This document shows positions 27,231-41,240 of a stretch of 64,000 nucleotides of DNA, piece by piece. Position 1 is the first letter of the stretch. Each line of letters opens with the position of its first letter. A model generated the notes under the pieces. The model was not told where the DNA came from. It searched no databases and was given only the letters and a program-made list of their open reading frames with translations. This DNA comes from Octopus vulgaris (lineage: Eukaryota), in the NCBI GenBank assembly GCA_951406725.2, contig OX597819.1, positions 5,766,001 to 5,830,000 on the forward strand. The letters run 5' to 3'. A program made the translations under genes and the position numbers.

Positions 27231-28714
27231 ATGGCTACTGGTCACCACGAGGCCGAGGCGCAAGTCAAGCGTGACGCCGAAACAAAAGAGCAAGATTACC
27301 TGCCACTAAACGCTGAACCTGACAGTTTGAACGCTACTAACACCACCACCACCACCACCATCAGCAACAGCAACAACCACAAAACCAAGGTACCAAGGCC
27401 AAGCACCGTCACCGCCACCAATGATCCCACCATCAACACCGACACCACCACCACGGCGGTTTCTGCTACTACAACCGCTTCCTCTGTTAACGATACCACT
27501 ACCAACAACAACAACAAAACCAAGATCACCAGACCAATCCCCATCACCGCCACCAAACACCGTGCCGTCAATATCAATGCCACCACTTCAATATCTGCTA
27601 CTACGGCTACCTCCCTTGCCACTAACACCACCACCGCCACCAAGATCGACAATAACAACGATATCGTCGTTTGCAGTGTACGATAACCGCCAACAATAAG
27701 ACCACTACTGCAACCTCAACTACTACAAGTGACACCTCTGCCGCCAACACTACCACCAAACCCAATTTTGCACAAGCATTAAAACCAAAAAAGACAATAT
27801 TACACTTCACAACAGAACAAATAAAACAAACAAACGCCCTGTTAACTGAAGAAGGTTCACATCTACGCTTACATATACCACAAAACATCATAGATAATAC
27901 ACAAAAGAAAACAATAATATACAAAGTCCTAAACGCAAAAACACGCAGACCAGAACAAGCACAACCAGAACTGATTGAAAAATGTTTACGGCCAATATGG
28001 GTGTACAAAAATTATTCAAATTGGAGAAACAAATATGCCACGATACAGGATCGCTTCGACAGCGAAGAAAGAGCGAAAGAACATTCGACGCTCACTTTAC
28101 AGCCGGAAAAACTAATTTTAATTCCGACCTATCTTGGTCAACGCGTGACCAAAATTTCGATAAAACATGTCCCTCCAGAAATGGATTCACAATGGCTGTT
28201 GTCAGCCATTTGCTACAAAATGGAGGAAAATATAAATATTCTGGAATATGCCGCCTTGGAGGAAAAGAAATGGTCGGGGAAAATAGTTCAGTTATTGATG
28301 CAAATTGATCAAAACCAAATCAATAACATCCCCCACCAAATTGATCTGCCAGACGGCAATTTCCTTTACGTGGTGGTAGAGGGTAGGAGGCCTCGCTGTT
28401 ACTTGTGTGGCAGCGAGGAACACCTAAAAAATGATTGCCCAACAGCCAAAAAACAACAACAAAAACGAGAACAAGAACAACAACCACAACAAGGAAAAAG
28501 TCAAAAGATAAAAGAACCACTACTACCCACACCACCATCAGCACAAAGGACAAGCAAAGGGAATACGGAACCAAACTCGCCAACACCAACAAATGAACAC
28601 ACAACAACATCTGAATACGTATGTAATATATGTACACATACAGATAACACGCATACAGACTTACACACACACATTTTATATATAACTAATAAAAGTTATT
28701 CCTTTGGGGAGTAA
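27231..28714 (+). pseudogene. Non-LTR retrotransposon ORF1 (gag-like, Tx1/L1 type) with Thr-rich N-terminus and CCHC zinc knuckle; frameshift near 27670, 3' truncated near 28610
   Basis: ORFs 27231-27686 and 27671-28714; VVVEGRRPRCYLCGSEEHLKNDCP is CX2CX4HX4C; putative 5' UTR starts right after (TCTA)n at about 27016. Confidence 0.75.
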
Positions 28715-28963
28715 CTTATGATAATACTGACATGATAAATTTGGTAAAGGCAGCACAGTGTACACATTGAAGCATTCTTAGATCTGTTCAAACATGAGCC
28801 GAGTGTTTCTGCGTAGTCTAACTCCGAGTCAGTCTACTAGTAAATGGTGTCTCGCCAACAGCTGATGGGTGTTACTTCTTGTTGACTTTACATCAGTGCT
28901 TATCTACATGAATTATTATAATAAAAGATTATCTAAATCACCCGAATTCTTTCTGCTATCTTA

Positions 28964-29512
28964 TATTGGGTTGTCCGGAAAGTTCGTGCCGATTTTTAAA
29001 GGAAATAAAAAGGTCAATAAATACTTGCCATTATATTTTTAATCAACCAAATATGAACCAGTTTGTTGCACAATGCATCTCCATCTTTCCTTTAACTTGA
29101 AAATACCCTCTTCCCAGAATTGAGGTGGTTTCATGGCAAAGCATTCATCAAGGTATCTTTTTACGTCATCCAAGGAATTGAAATTTTTACCATTAAGACT
29201 ATTCTGCAGTGACCTGAATAAGTGGAAATCCGAAGGACCAATAGCTGGTGAATATGGAGGGTGGGTAACACATCCCAGCCGAGCTGCAGCAATTTTTGTC
29301 TGGTTCCCAAAGCATCAAGTGCCGAAAATGACGTTTTTATCTTCCATTTTAAAGGGTTACAAAATTATCACAGGTTATAGGAACATAAACCTTCTTCCTC
29401 GAAAAGATAGCTTAAACTGTGCTCTAAATAGAGGTGTAGTCAAATCCTGTTTTATAGACTTAACCGTGTTCTAAAATAAGTCGAAAGGTGAGCTACTATA
29501 AATAGGCACGAC
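28964..29512 (-). mobile_element. Internally deleted mariner relic
   Basis: TIR-like tattgggttgtccggaaagttcgtgccgattt, partial partner aaataggcacga near 29500; minus strand encodes DDVKRYLDECFAMKPPQFWEEGIFKLKERWRCIVQQTGSY. Confidence 0.8.
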
Positions 29513-29876
29513 CATAACACTCCTAACGTCTGGTCTTCTAACTCCTTATACTGCTACCCTCTTGATTATTATGTTAGGGGCGCAGTTGAGCGAGAGACCA
29601 ACATAACTCCGTTTAACACCAAAGATGAACTGAAGGCAAGGATTATGGCAGCATTCCCCAACTTAAACAAGGAGACGGTCCAGAAGAGTTGCAGGAGATT
29701 CCGAAGTCGTCTGGAGGCTGTAATTGAAGCCAATGGCGATTTTATTGAATAAATTTACTCTTTAGTATTTCAAGATATTTTTTTGTAATTTTGGTATATA
29801 TATATGTGTTAATATGAAATGTCAGTGTTATTTTCATGTTCGTGTAATTTAGACGACAGATTATTCACTGCACCCT
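29513..29876 (+). pseudogene. Tc1/mariner-superfamily (maT/DD37D-like) transposase C-terminus and right end
   Basis: VWSSNSLYCYPLDYYVRGAVERETN..DELKARIMAAF..CRRFRSRLEAVIEANGDFIE*, then a caccctg terminus. Confidence 0.78.
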
Positions 29877-29974
29877 GGAGGAGGGGGCCAGTCGATTTCA
29901 TCGACCTCAGACCGCAACTGGTACTTAATTTATTAACCCCGAAAGGATGAAAGGCAAAATCGACCTTGGCGGAA

Positions 29975-30025
<51 letters not shown>

Positions 30026-30028
<3 letters not shown>

Positions 30029-30794
30029 AAAGTAAAAAAATACAAACTGGGACAAGAACGTGAAACGTTTAGAAGACGACACAAAAAAACACGGACGGGA
30101 CATTCGAAGCCTTCAATCTTCAGTCAAGAACCGGATCATCTTCCCAATTTCGGCTGATTAATCTTGAGATTGCTCCGATCTGGCCAGCCCCAAAGGAAAA
30201 TCTAAGCCAAGCGCATTAGATTCCTTGAAAGAAAGCCTCGAATGTATTCAAAACAAGGACGGAAAACCGGACGATGATACACGAATAAAAATACAAAAAT
30301 ACGTAAAAATAATAATGATAATAATAATAACAACAAAAACAGGACGTCACAGACAAGCGTCTTTTCGACAGGACGAGTAAATTTTTGAGCTGGCGTTAGA
30401 AGAGAACCTTAAGGCTACAGAGAGACAAACAAGTGTGTCTTGCCACAACGGCTGCTGGACGCGAAAGGCTAGCAATCGGGGGCTAGTCACGTGAGGGAAA
30501 GAGAGAGGAAAAAGAGGGTCAGATGAAAAGAGAAAGAAGGGGAACAAGGAACAAAGGAGGAGGAGAAGAAAGAGAGAGAAAGAGACAGATCAAGTGGAGT
30601 GCAAAGTGTGAAAGGCAGAGAAATGTAGGAGAGGGGGGAGAGAGACAGTGTTGTATAGTCCTACCATGTGTTAAAGAATATATACTTACGTATAGGATCA
30701 AAAAGGGGGTACGTCGTCGCTTATGTACATATGTAAAAGTAAAAAAATACAAACTGGGACAAGAACGTGAAACATTTAGAAGACGACACAAAAA
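30026..30794. mobile_element. Unclassified 707-bp unit plus 62-bp terminal direct repeat, inserted in (TA)n
   Basis: gtaaaagtaaaaaaatacaaactgggacaagaacgtgaaac(g/a)tttagaagacgacacaaaaa at 30026-30087 and 30733-30794. Confidence 0.7.
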
Positions 30795-31964
30795 TATATA
30801 TATACACGACCGGCTTCTACACAACTTCTGTTTAACAAATTCCACCAGAAGTCTTGATCTATTGGTGCTATAGTAGAAGCCACTAGAACAAGGTGCCGCG
30901 CATGCAGTGGGACTAAACTCGATACCACGTGGCTGCAAAATAAGCTTCTTAATCACTCAGTCATGTCTGCGCCTATGTAAATAAAAAAAGTGTCATGAAG
31001 TCTCTTCCTTCATCAACAGTATATTTTACTGGAAAAATTTTCTCTAACAATTAACTTGTAGTATTCATCAAATAAACTGATAGGCGTGTCTCTTGTGAAT
31101 ACTATTGATTGACAACAATGGCTGCCGCAAAAATGTTTTGCCCGAATCTGTATAAAAAAAGTAGCTTCTAAGTTTCAGAAGAGGGAAGAAAGAAAAAAGC
31201 TATCTCTCAAGGTTCATTAATTACAGTCTATACAAAGGTATAAATATTTCCTTTTACCCTATCCTTTTCCCGAATTGCTTAATTTAGAGTCGGTTATTTG
31301 TCAACAGTTGGGAGCTAAACCGAAACATGAAAGGCTACTAATTAGTGGTTTAAGTATCGGTTTACGTCCATAAATATTACATACGCAGCAGATTTTGATT
31401 GCTGTCAAATCAGTCATTGTAGATTTTCTTACTCTTACATCTGATGCTGATTAAATAAGAACCAGCTGAATTCTTTACGAATTGGCGAAAGTATATCAAA
31501 TGTCCAAATGCCTATTTTTACTTTAGATTTTCTATGCATAAGAATTTTTATATTCATTTTTCGAAACTTTCCACAGACTACACGTAATGTCACAACGTAG
31601 TATGTCCTGCAAATTTTAAACTCAGTGATGAAAGCTATCAAAATTTTAGTCCCATTTTACAAATGTTCTATTCCTTATAAGAAGTATTTGACCGACCTCA
31701 TATAATTTGAAAGAATAAGAATCTTCAGCTGCTTTTTCACGTGACAAAATACAACGAAGACATTAGCAAGGAGACCACAATGCATTTAGTTTATCACTTT
31801 ATCACTGATACTAGACCTACCCCAAAATATTAATTGTTGAATCACTTGTTAACTATAAGAACTATGAGTCGTGGGAACACTAACTGTACGTTTCCATTTT
31901 TGAAAGCTTATAAACTGTATTTTATTGTATATTGGGAAGGTCATTATGTCAATAATAATCACAG

Positions 31965-33474
31965 TAGTGGGACGCTAGACGGACGGACCGGTTAAATTGC
32001 TCGGGGTCTGGTTCAGTCCGGACCTCCAAATGGATAAGAACTGGGACGAGATCACGAGTAGAGTGATCGCTCTCAGCCAAACATGGGCCGAGAGAAAGCT
32101 TTCTCCAAAAGGTCGGGCGGAGGTGGCGAACGCGTACATCGCATCCGTCATCGATTATCGCCTGACCGTCGTGCCTTGTCCCGACACCACCATCACCAAA
32201 CTGGAACGCATACTCTTCCGCTTCCTGTGGAAGGGTGGCGTTCCGATGGTGAGGAAGTCCATTTGCTGGTCAGCATCCGTTGAATGGAGGACTGGGCATG
32301 CCGTGGTTGATGATGCGCAGGTATGCGCTGAGACTGCGACATCTCTGGAACTACATCGATGACGGTGAACAGGTGTGGGCGCCGTTTGTGAGGCGCGTCT
32401 TCTCGCAGCTCGTCTCACTGACCGAACTGCAAACGTGGATCAAGAAGAGACCGAAACTGGGCGATTGGCACCGAGAGTGTCGCCAAGCTCTACAGCAGCT
32501 CTGCCGACCGGGGTCAAACTTGTGCAACTTACAAACGACTAAAGCGTTCTATAGAGGACTAGTGGAGGGGAGGTCCGACAACACACTCGGGGCAAACCTG
32601 GGCGTCGACGAGAAATTCCTAACCCGCCTGTTCAGGACGACGTTAGGGCCGGGGTCTATGGATAACTTCCAGAAATCCCTGGCTTGGCAATGCTATCGAG
32701 ACGCACTACCTGTTCGAGAGAAGAGCTACAGGCACGGTTCGAAAACCATCACCGGACCGACCTGCCCGAGATGCGGTCAGAGCGACGAAACCGTTCTGCA
32801 CGCACTCGTGCAGTGTCCAGATATTTCAGAGCTGTGGACCTTCGTCGAACAGCTGCTGTCGCGTGTAGGACGGGCCCGCTTATCGGCCGAGGCTATCGTG
32901 GATATTGTTCCACCACCTTCCTTTAAACGGGAAGGGAAAACGGTTTTCGTTACGCTGAGGGCTATGGCGAAAGAATGTATGTGGTGGACGCATTTGAAAG
33001 GACTGCAAACAAACACCTTCCTCTCTGGTCAGTCTCTCGTCAACTTTTCAAGTACCACTTGAAAAGGAGGATGAGAATAGAGAGGAAGGCTTTGTCGAAC
33101 GAATGTTTTAATAAAAAGTGGGTAAAAGTGGCAAAAATGGTCAGTATGAAAGACGACACTATTTTAAGCATAAATCTGTAACCAAAAGAGACAACGAAAA
33201 GTAAGGCGACTTACTCATGTGTTCATTTTCGAACTGTCTGAGGTGACCTTGGTCTTTTTTGTAGGTTTTTCGTTCCAAGGCTACACCTAAACTGTGAACT
33301 TTATATATATATATATATTGTTTTTTATACACCACAACCCACAGATCTTTATTGATCGAACGTTTTTTTTTTGTGTCCCACCCATCCCACCTCGAAAAGA
33401 AAAAAACTCTACATTGTATTTCGTCCATTTTTATTCTGTGTTTAGCCCTGTATGGCCACAATAAAAAGGGGCTG
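31965..33474 (+). pseudogene. 3' part of Tx1/L1-like LINE ORF2 (post-RT region, zinc-finger) and 3' UTR
   Basis: KLLGVWF, GGLGMP, CPRCGQSDETVLHALVQCP; frameshifts near 32275 and 33050; AATAAA then (TCTA)n at 33475-33549. Confidence 0.92.
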
Positions 33475-33549
<75 letters not shown>

Positions 33550-33755
33550 GACAGTTATTCTATCTGTCTGCCCATCTCTCTCTCTCTCTCACTCTTTTAC
33601 CAAATACCTGTGGATGTTACTGTTGCTTTTCTTCTGTTGAAGGGAGTGGTGCAAAGAAAAACAAATTAAAGGTTTTAAACAGAGGAAGTGAGTAGCAAAA
33701 CAGCAGATAGTAATTGTAATGCTATTGTAATGCTATTGTAATTGTAATGCTATTG

Positions 33756-34190
33756 TAATGCTGCTAAGAAATCTTTCCATCAGTCAAGGATTATGTAATG
33801 GAACTCGCATGAAAGTGCAAATACTTCCTGAATATTGTGTGGTGGCATGATTGGTAACAAGCTTCAACAGAAGTCGTACAGTTCAAATTCTCAAAATTAA
33901 ACTCAGCCCAAGTGATGCTGATATTCCATTCACACTAAACAGACTTCAGTTTCCTCTTCGACTTGCATAGTCAATGAAAATCAATAAGGCTCAAGGGAAA
34001 ACATTTGAAAGAGTTGGACTACATTTACCTCAACCGGTATTTTTTCTTGACCAATTATATGTCGCATTTTCAACAGCTCGAGCTATGAACAATATCAAAG
34101 TAAGAGTTATGAGACTCAATCAGGATCATAGACAAGGCCAAAAAAACGTGGTCAGACATACACACAAAATATTGTCTACCCTGAAGTACT
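33756..34190 (+). pseudogene. Helitron Rep/Hel Pif1-like helicase C-terminal fragment
   Basis: VMLLRNLSISQGLCNGTR ... RLQFPLRLA*SMKINKAQGKTFERVGLHLPQPVFFLDQLYVAFS, with in-frame stops. Confidence 0.88.
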
Positions 34191-34306
34191 GTAAGGACCA
34201 CCGCACCAGCTACCATCACTACCACACCATCCTGCTCCACTATTATGCATCCACATTAAACCTTCAAGACCGGAGAACCGGAGATCTCTCTCGTAGCCGC
34301 CTCCTC

Positions 34307-34832
34307 CTCAACCATACCAGCAAACCACAAAATCGCACTAGCCAGCATCATCATCACCCCCAATGTCCGCAGCAGCGACAGCAACTCAGTCTAATAGTGT
34401 TCAACCCTCAGCGAAGAATACTTTACTGTCTTCATCGGGAGGTACCCCAATTCAACACAGTCAATTACAACAACACTCAAGCTGGTTAGCAGGATGGTGG
34501 AGCTCAATGACTACAGGTGATACCAGTTAAAAACAAAAGACGCCAGTCTCACTCAACCATACCAGCAAACCACAAAATCGCACTAGCCAGCATCATCATC
34601 ACCCCCAATGTCCGCAGCAGCGACAGCAACTCAGTCTAATAGTGTTCAACCCTCAGCGAAGAATACTTTACTGTCTTCATCGGGAGGTACTCCAATTCAA
34701 CACAGTCAATTACAACAACACTCAAGCTGGTTAGCAGGATGGTGGAGCTCAATGACTACAGGTGATACCAGTTAAAAACAAAAGGCGTCAGTGCTCAAAC
34801 CTCCTGGACTACAGGTGGTACCAGTTAAAAAA
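34307..34832 (+). repeat. 245-bp tandem duplication (two copies plus a short partial third) in the Helitron 3' region
   Basis: ctcaaccataccagcaaaccac starts at 34307 and 34552; copies nearly identical. Confidence 0.93.
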
Positions 34833-35577
34833 AACCCTCAAAAATATCAAATAATATTGTATAAAAATTATGATTATTAGTAGTATAACACACAAATAAC
34901 AAAAATTATTCCATATCTAAATATGGCCACTATTTAAAGATACTTACACTTTTGGCATTTCGTACAGTTTCCCAGGGTCCTGCTTAAACATAATTCGATA
35001 ATTATTAAATGAAGTTTCTGCATGCATTTTTTTATGTTTCCGTAAAGTTTTAACGGGTCCAGTTAGTCATATGTAAATACATTTATGCATAAAGACGTTC
35101 GTAAGAAAACATCAAGACACGTTTACACACACATAAACATATGCGTATGGGTAGATCTTTCTGGATTATGCATATATGATTGGAAGCAGGTACACGTGTA
35201 GAAAAGGTGTGTGTACAAGCGTTCGTAAACAACATCAAAGCAGGTTTATTCATGCTCATTCATGCGTGCGTGAACCCCTGAATTGCAGTTTTTACATCAT
35301 CGTCTATATAAATTTTCCCACCTCTTAAACCGGGAAGGTCCTACTGATAACATGTGGAAAATGAAATGCGCATATCTTTTACCATTTATCCCTTACTTGG
35401 TCTACTTATTGGTCTGGATTGCGGGGCATGCTGGTGCTGCATCTAGCAGGGTTTGGTCGAACAAATCGATCCAGTTCTTATTTTAGATCTGGTACTTATT
35501 GTATCGTTCCCTTTTGTCGAACCGCTAAGTTGCGGAGACGTAGTCATTCCAATACCGATGGTCAAGAAGTGGTGGAA

Positions 35578-35615
<38 letters not shown>

Positions 35616-36025
35616 TTTTGGGATTCTTTCAGTTTCCGACTACCAAATCCACGGACCGGGCTATTGTAGAAGACACTTGCACAAGGTGCCGCGCAGAGGA
35701 ACTGAACCCAACATGGTTGGGAAGCAATCTTCTTACATACACAGATCCGCCTGCATCCACATATAAATATATTTGTTACATTGTCGGTCTTTCAGCGCAA
35801 CCATACTGAATTTCATTGTATAAAAACGCTAAGTCAATGAGTCACGAGTTCACTTGATCACCCAAATGGAATGCTCAACCTGGAAGACGTCACTGAATCA
35901 TACGTACAGATGCATAATCTCTGTATGGATGAATGCTACGATAATGCATGCTTAAATGCCTTATGCATTTATTCACGTATTTATCTATATATGTATGTAG
36001 GTGCATTAACGTATGAGTGCTTACG

Positions 36026-36160
<135 letters not shown>

Positions 36161-36457
36161 TGAAAGTAAAAGAATTTTGTTAAAATCTTCGTTCGACTCC
36201 ATTCTTTCATTTATTCATTTAAAAAAATACACAAATTACCACACAAGAACACGGGGTTTCTACCCTTGGCATGTAGCTACAACCGTGTTTTCTGACGTGA
36301 ATTTGCTACCAAGGTATCGATTAACCGAATTATCAATACTAGGATAATTCATTCACCTACATATATATGTATATATATGTATATATATATATATATATAT
36401 ACATACATACATACATACATGTATATACATACATACATACATACATACATACATACA

Positions 36458-36488
<31 letters not shown>

Positions 36489-37291
36489 GTGTCTGTATGT
36501 GCGTGTGTGCATCTTTACCATTATTGAAAACGCTTTGTTACAATGAGTTCCACAGTTGTGAGCAATTAAAACATTACATGGAAATACATCATTCCCAGAA
36601 TTTCCCTCCTGCCCCCCCCCCCCTTCAACACTTTGTCTCGTTCTTTCTTTCTTCCTTACCTGATTGTGGGAAGGTTGTGAGGCAAATATTTATCCAGCCT
36701 CCCAATATGACCAGAACACCCCCAACTCTTTCACCTGATACCAAACTTTCTGGGAAGCATCATATGGTTATGTTTACTCATTTCACCGACTTTGCTATTA
36801 CGCCTCCCTAATTTCTCGTTAACGGAATTTTATTTGAAGGGTATGCCAGTGACAGACGTACAGTTCCCTTATCCAGAACTCCGTTCCTTTCTTTTGCCTT
36901 TGGATTGTTCGTTTCCTTGCTTCTTTTTCCTTTCCTCCGTTTTCTGTCTTCTCGCCTTTCAATTTTCTCACTAATTCTTCTTGTTTTGTTTTTTTATTTA
37001 CATTTTATCAATGTGCGTATGTAGTGCGTATGTAGTGCGTATGTAGTGCGTTTGTAGTGCGTGTGTATTTTCTCTTATTCAATTCCTTGAATTTTTCCTA
37101 CTGAAAAATGCTGACTGCTAAACCAGAAGCAATACGCCATCATCGGAATTTCGATAATAGCAACGGAAAAGAGTTACATGTTGAAATTTATAAAAGTCTC
37201 GCATATTTTCTTTGTTCCACCTGCGGAGGAAAATTGCTAAGTGCCTATTTGCTGACTTCGTTATGTAGTGTTCGTTAGCTGGTCTTTTTTC

Positions 37292-37720
37292 TATGTATGT
37301 ACGTATGTATTTATGTGTGTATGTATGTATGTATGTATGTATGTATGTATGTATGTATGTATGTATGTATGTATGTATGTATGTATGTACGTATGTATTT
37401 ATGTGTGTATGTATGTATGTATGCATGTATGTACGTATGTATTTATGTGTGTATGTATGTATGTATGCATGTACGTATGTATTTATGTGTGTATGTATGT
37501 ATGTATGTATGTATGTATGTATGTATGTATGTATGTATGTGTGTGTATGTGTGTATGTATGTATGCATGTATACATGTATGTATGTATGTATGTATGTAT
37601 GTATGTATGTATGTATGTATGTATGTATGTATGCATGCACGTACGTATGTATGCACGTATCTATGTGTGTGTATGTACGTATACACACACACATACACAC
37701 ATACACACACACACATATGT
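37292..37720. repeat. (TATG)n/(CA)n microsatellite
   Basis: Direct reading. Confidence 0.95.
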
Positions 37721-38119
37721 ATGGTGTCCGGTCAATTCGTCACTGGTCAATTCGTCACCAGGTCAATTCATCGAGATCATAGGAAAAATGGAAGAACGAA
37801 TATCTGAATTAAAAAAAGCTTAATTTAAGATTTACTGTATTACATATTTATTTTTTCATGAGATTTAAGATTGTGTGCAATTGCTTTTGAAAAAATATTT
37901 TTTCGGCTTGGATCTTATTTTTCCGAGACATTTTTTTATACGCCGGTTCATATCTTTGCATTTTTTCTTTTGGCTTGGTTCTTCTTGCATAATTTTCATC
38001 TGTATCAAGTCTCGCCTTGCACCTCCATTATATCTTCAATCCATCTGCATTCTGCTTATTATTTATTTATTTTTTTGTGTAATTATAATTTTCTTGATCG
38101 ACCACTTAGAATTTGAGTC

Positions 38120-38258
38120 GAAATATTGTTGAACGCTGGGAAGAAGTTGTAAACAAGAAGGGTGAATATATTATTTATTAATTAGTTGTTATTTTTTATT
38201 AAACCTTTCAAAAAATTTAAGTTGAAAAATACGGCGGGAACTTAGTTGCCAACCTAAT
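38120..38258 (+). mobile_element. Mariner 3' end fragment
   Basis: VERWEEVVNKKGEYII followed by TIR-like gaacttagttgccaacctaata and TA. Confidence 0.7.
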
Positions 38259-38299
38259 ATATATATATATATCTAACACAACTCCACCATTTCTTGATT

Positions 38300-38425
<126 letters not shown>

Positions 38426-38810
38426 ATGGAGGGGCAATGGCCCAGTGGTTAGGGCGCGCACTCGCGGTCGTAGGATCGTGGTTTCGATTCCCAGACCGGG
38501 TGTTGTGAGTGTTTATTGAGCGAAAACACCTTAAGCTCCACGAGGCTCCGGCAGGGGTGGTGGCGAACCCTTCTGTACTCTTTCACCACAACTTTCTCTC
38601 ACTCTTTCTTCCTGTTTCTGTGGTACCTCTATTTCAAAGGGCCAGCATTGGCACCCTCTGTGTCACGCTGAATCTCCTCGAGAACTACGTTAAGGGTGCA
38701 CGTGTCTGTGGAATACTCAGCCACTTGCACGTTAATTTTACGAGCAGGTTGTTCCGTTGATTCGGTTCAACCGGAACCTTCTTCGTCGCAACCGACGGAG
38801 TGTCACGATG
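38426..38810 (+). mobile_element. SINE family B, more diverged copy
   Basis: Colinear with 49191-49575. Confidence 0.88.
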
Positions 38811-38847
<37 letters not shown>

Positions 38848-38860
38848 CATGTATGAATGC

Positions 38861-38916
<56 letters not shown>

Positions 38917-39262
38917 CAGACGGCCTTATACTTTTCCGCTACCAAATCACTCACAAGGCTTTGGTGGACAAAGATGTAATCGTAAGTTACTTACCGAAGA
39001 TGTGCCGTAGTGGGACTGATTGCGATCCATAATTCCTAGTAAAGCAGCCCTATCCATGTCTACACAATCAGGCTTTGCATCTGTATGTACGCATTATGTA
39101 TCTGTACCTGTATTTATACGCACATGTATGTATTATGTATGTATGTATGTCATTGACTGTATGAATTTAATTATCTTATCGTTTCCAGCTTTTTTTTTTA
39201 CGCCAGCTTCTAAAGATAGCTCTAAAGCAGTTGATTATACTATCAAATGTGCTAGTCACATG

Positions 39263-39648
39263 AGTGGAGGTGCAATGGCCCAGTGGTTAGGGCAGCGGAC
39301 TCGCGGTCGTAGGATCGCGGTATCGATTCCCAGACCGGGCGTTGTGAGTGTTTATTGAGTGAAAACACCTAAAGCTCCACGAGGCTCCGGCAGGGGATGG
39401 TGGTGATCCCTGCTGTACTCTTTCACCACAACTTTCTCTCACTCTTACTTCCTGTTTCTGTTGTACCTGTATTTCAAAGGGCCGGCTTTGTCACTCTCTG
39501 TGTCACGCTGAATATCCCCGAGAACTACGTTAAGGGTGCACGTGTCTGTGGAGTGCTCAGCCACTTACACGTTAATTTCACGAGCAGGCTGTTCCGTTGA
39601 TTCGGATCAACCGGAACCCTCGTCGTCGTAACCGACGGAGTGCTTCCA
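39263..39648 (+). mobile_element. SINE family B
   Basis: gtggagg..TGGCCCAGTGG (A box)..GGTATCGATTCCC (B-box-like)..ggagtgcttcca. Confidence 0.92.
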
Positions 39649-40839
39649 TCCCAATAGTTACAGGCATAAAATGTAACATCATAAACCGAGCAGAATGTCT
39701 GCAGAACTTGTACTAGTTCGGCACAGATTCTTTCCTCTCTTTTATCTCCAACATGTTAACGTCTGCTTCATAGTTTGATTTCTTCTCGTACCTTTTCTCA
39801 GTTCCAGGTCCTCATGACTGGTCTTATGCTTACAGACGTTTAAACAGATGTCTTCGCAGACGTATTACCGTGTTGTATAGCACGGAAAATTTTCGTATTT
39901 TTATCTTCATGATTATTCGTTAGCAAATTGCATGGTACGATGTCTGGCCATATTATGATACTTGTTTTAGATAGTATCATAGTGATATTTCCGGTTAACT
40001 AAATATGATTTGAATTACATAGAGTCTACAGCAGTGTGTTCTTGCATCATTAACCCATTTGTGAATCAAATATTTTGCTATTTCCAGTTCCTAGATTGCA
40101 AAAGAATACCCTTTAAGTTGAGAGCTAATATACTAACTGGTGGTCTTAAGCAAGCTATTTTGGTTGTCCCTAGGATTGCTATGCATAACTTTCAGTTTTT
40201 TATCCTTTAAACCTGGTAAACAAACGACACCGCGTGTGAAACAAGATCTTCATCCACGTAAAACGATACTGTGTGTATGGTGGGACTGGGAAGGGATTAT
40301 CCATTAAGGATGGAAAGTATAGCTGTGCAACTTCTCTGGGTATATATCCTTGGTCACCAGTCAAGGAATGCTTTTCGAGGAGTACTTTTCTAACTCACAA
40401 AATGCTATTTATCTCAAGTATTTTGACTTGATCCAAGGATGGCCTTCGATGCCTGCTTACTAGTAGGTGTTGCTGAAGGGATTAAAAAACTGTTTCAATT
40501 GATGTTCAGCCTCTGCTTCTTTGTTTTCGTTTTGCATCGAAGATTTGACTACTGGTAATAGTTTTCAGGTTATAAAACCAAAGTCCCAGTTTTCATCTAA
40601 CGTCTAATTGAGTATCCCAAATGCTGGTTACATGCACGCGGGCGCGTGCACGCACATACACACGCGTGCGCGTATATACATACCAACAGGCTTCCACCAA
40701 CTTTCCATCTACTAAATCCACAGAGCAATAGTAGAAGGTGCCGCGCAGTGGGACTGAACCCAAGACCAGATCACATGCTTGGGAAGCAAGCTTCTCACAC
40801 ACCGCCACGCCTGGACATGCATTTAATATCAACTCATTA

Positions 40840-41240
40840 CTCTTTTACTTGTTTCAGTCATTTGACTGCGGCCATGCTGGAGCACCGCCTTGAGTCGATC
40901 AAATCGACCCCGGGACTTATTCTTTGTAAGCCCAGTACTTATTCTATCGGTCTCTTTTGCCGAACCGCTAAGTGACGGGGACGTAAACACACCAGCATCG
41001 GTTGTCAAGCAATGCAAGGGGGACAAACACAGACACACAAACATATACACACACACTTATATATATATACATATATACGACAGGCTTCTTTCAGTTTCCG
41101 TCTACCAAATCCACTCACAAGGCATTGGTCGGCCCGGGGCTATAGCAGAAGACACTTGCCCATGCCACGCAGCGGGACTGAACCCGGAACCATGTGGTTG
41201 GTTAGCAAGCTACTTACCACACGGCCACTCCTGCACCTAT
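40840..41240 (-). mobile_element. SINE family A, near full length
   Basis: Colinear with 11972-12375. Confidence 0.92.

Noticed and set aside
30058-30127. Hammerhead-like CTGAAGA on the minus strand of the 707-bp element
   Set aside because: The matching GAAA reads TAAA in both repeat copies and stem I is only 3 bp.
37722-37775. Three ggtcaattc(g/a)tc units
   Set aside because: Resembles a MULE-type subterminal repeat, but no partner end or coding relic was found; not CRISPR-like (no spacers, eukaryotic context).
39397-39600. Recurrent 67-aa ORF MVVIPAVLFHHNFLSLLLPVS... in many copies
   Set aside because: Internal to SINE family B; recurrence reflects recent copying and gives no evidence of coding selection.
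39660-40570. Possible host exon or decayed transposase
   Set aside because: No sustained frame, splice pattern or motif that I can support.
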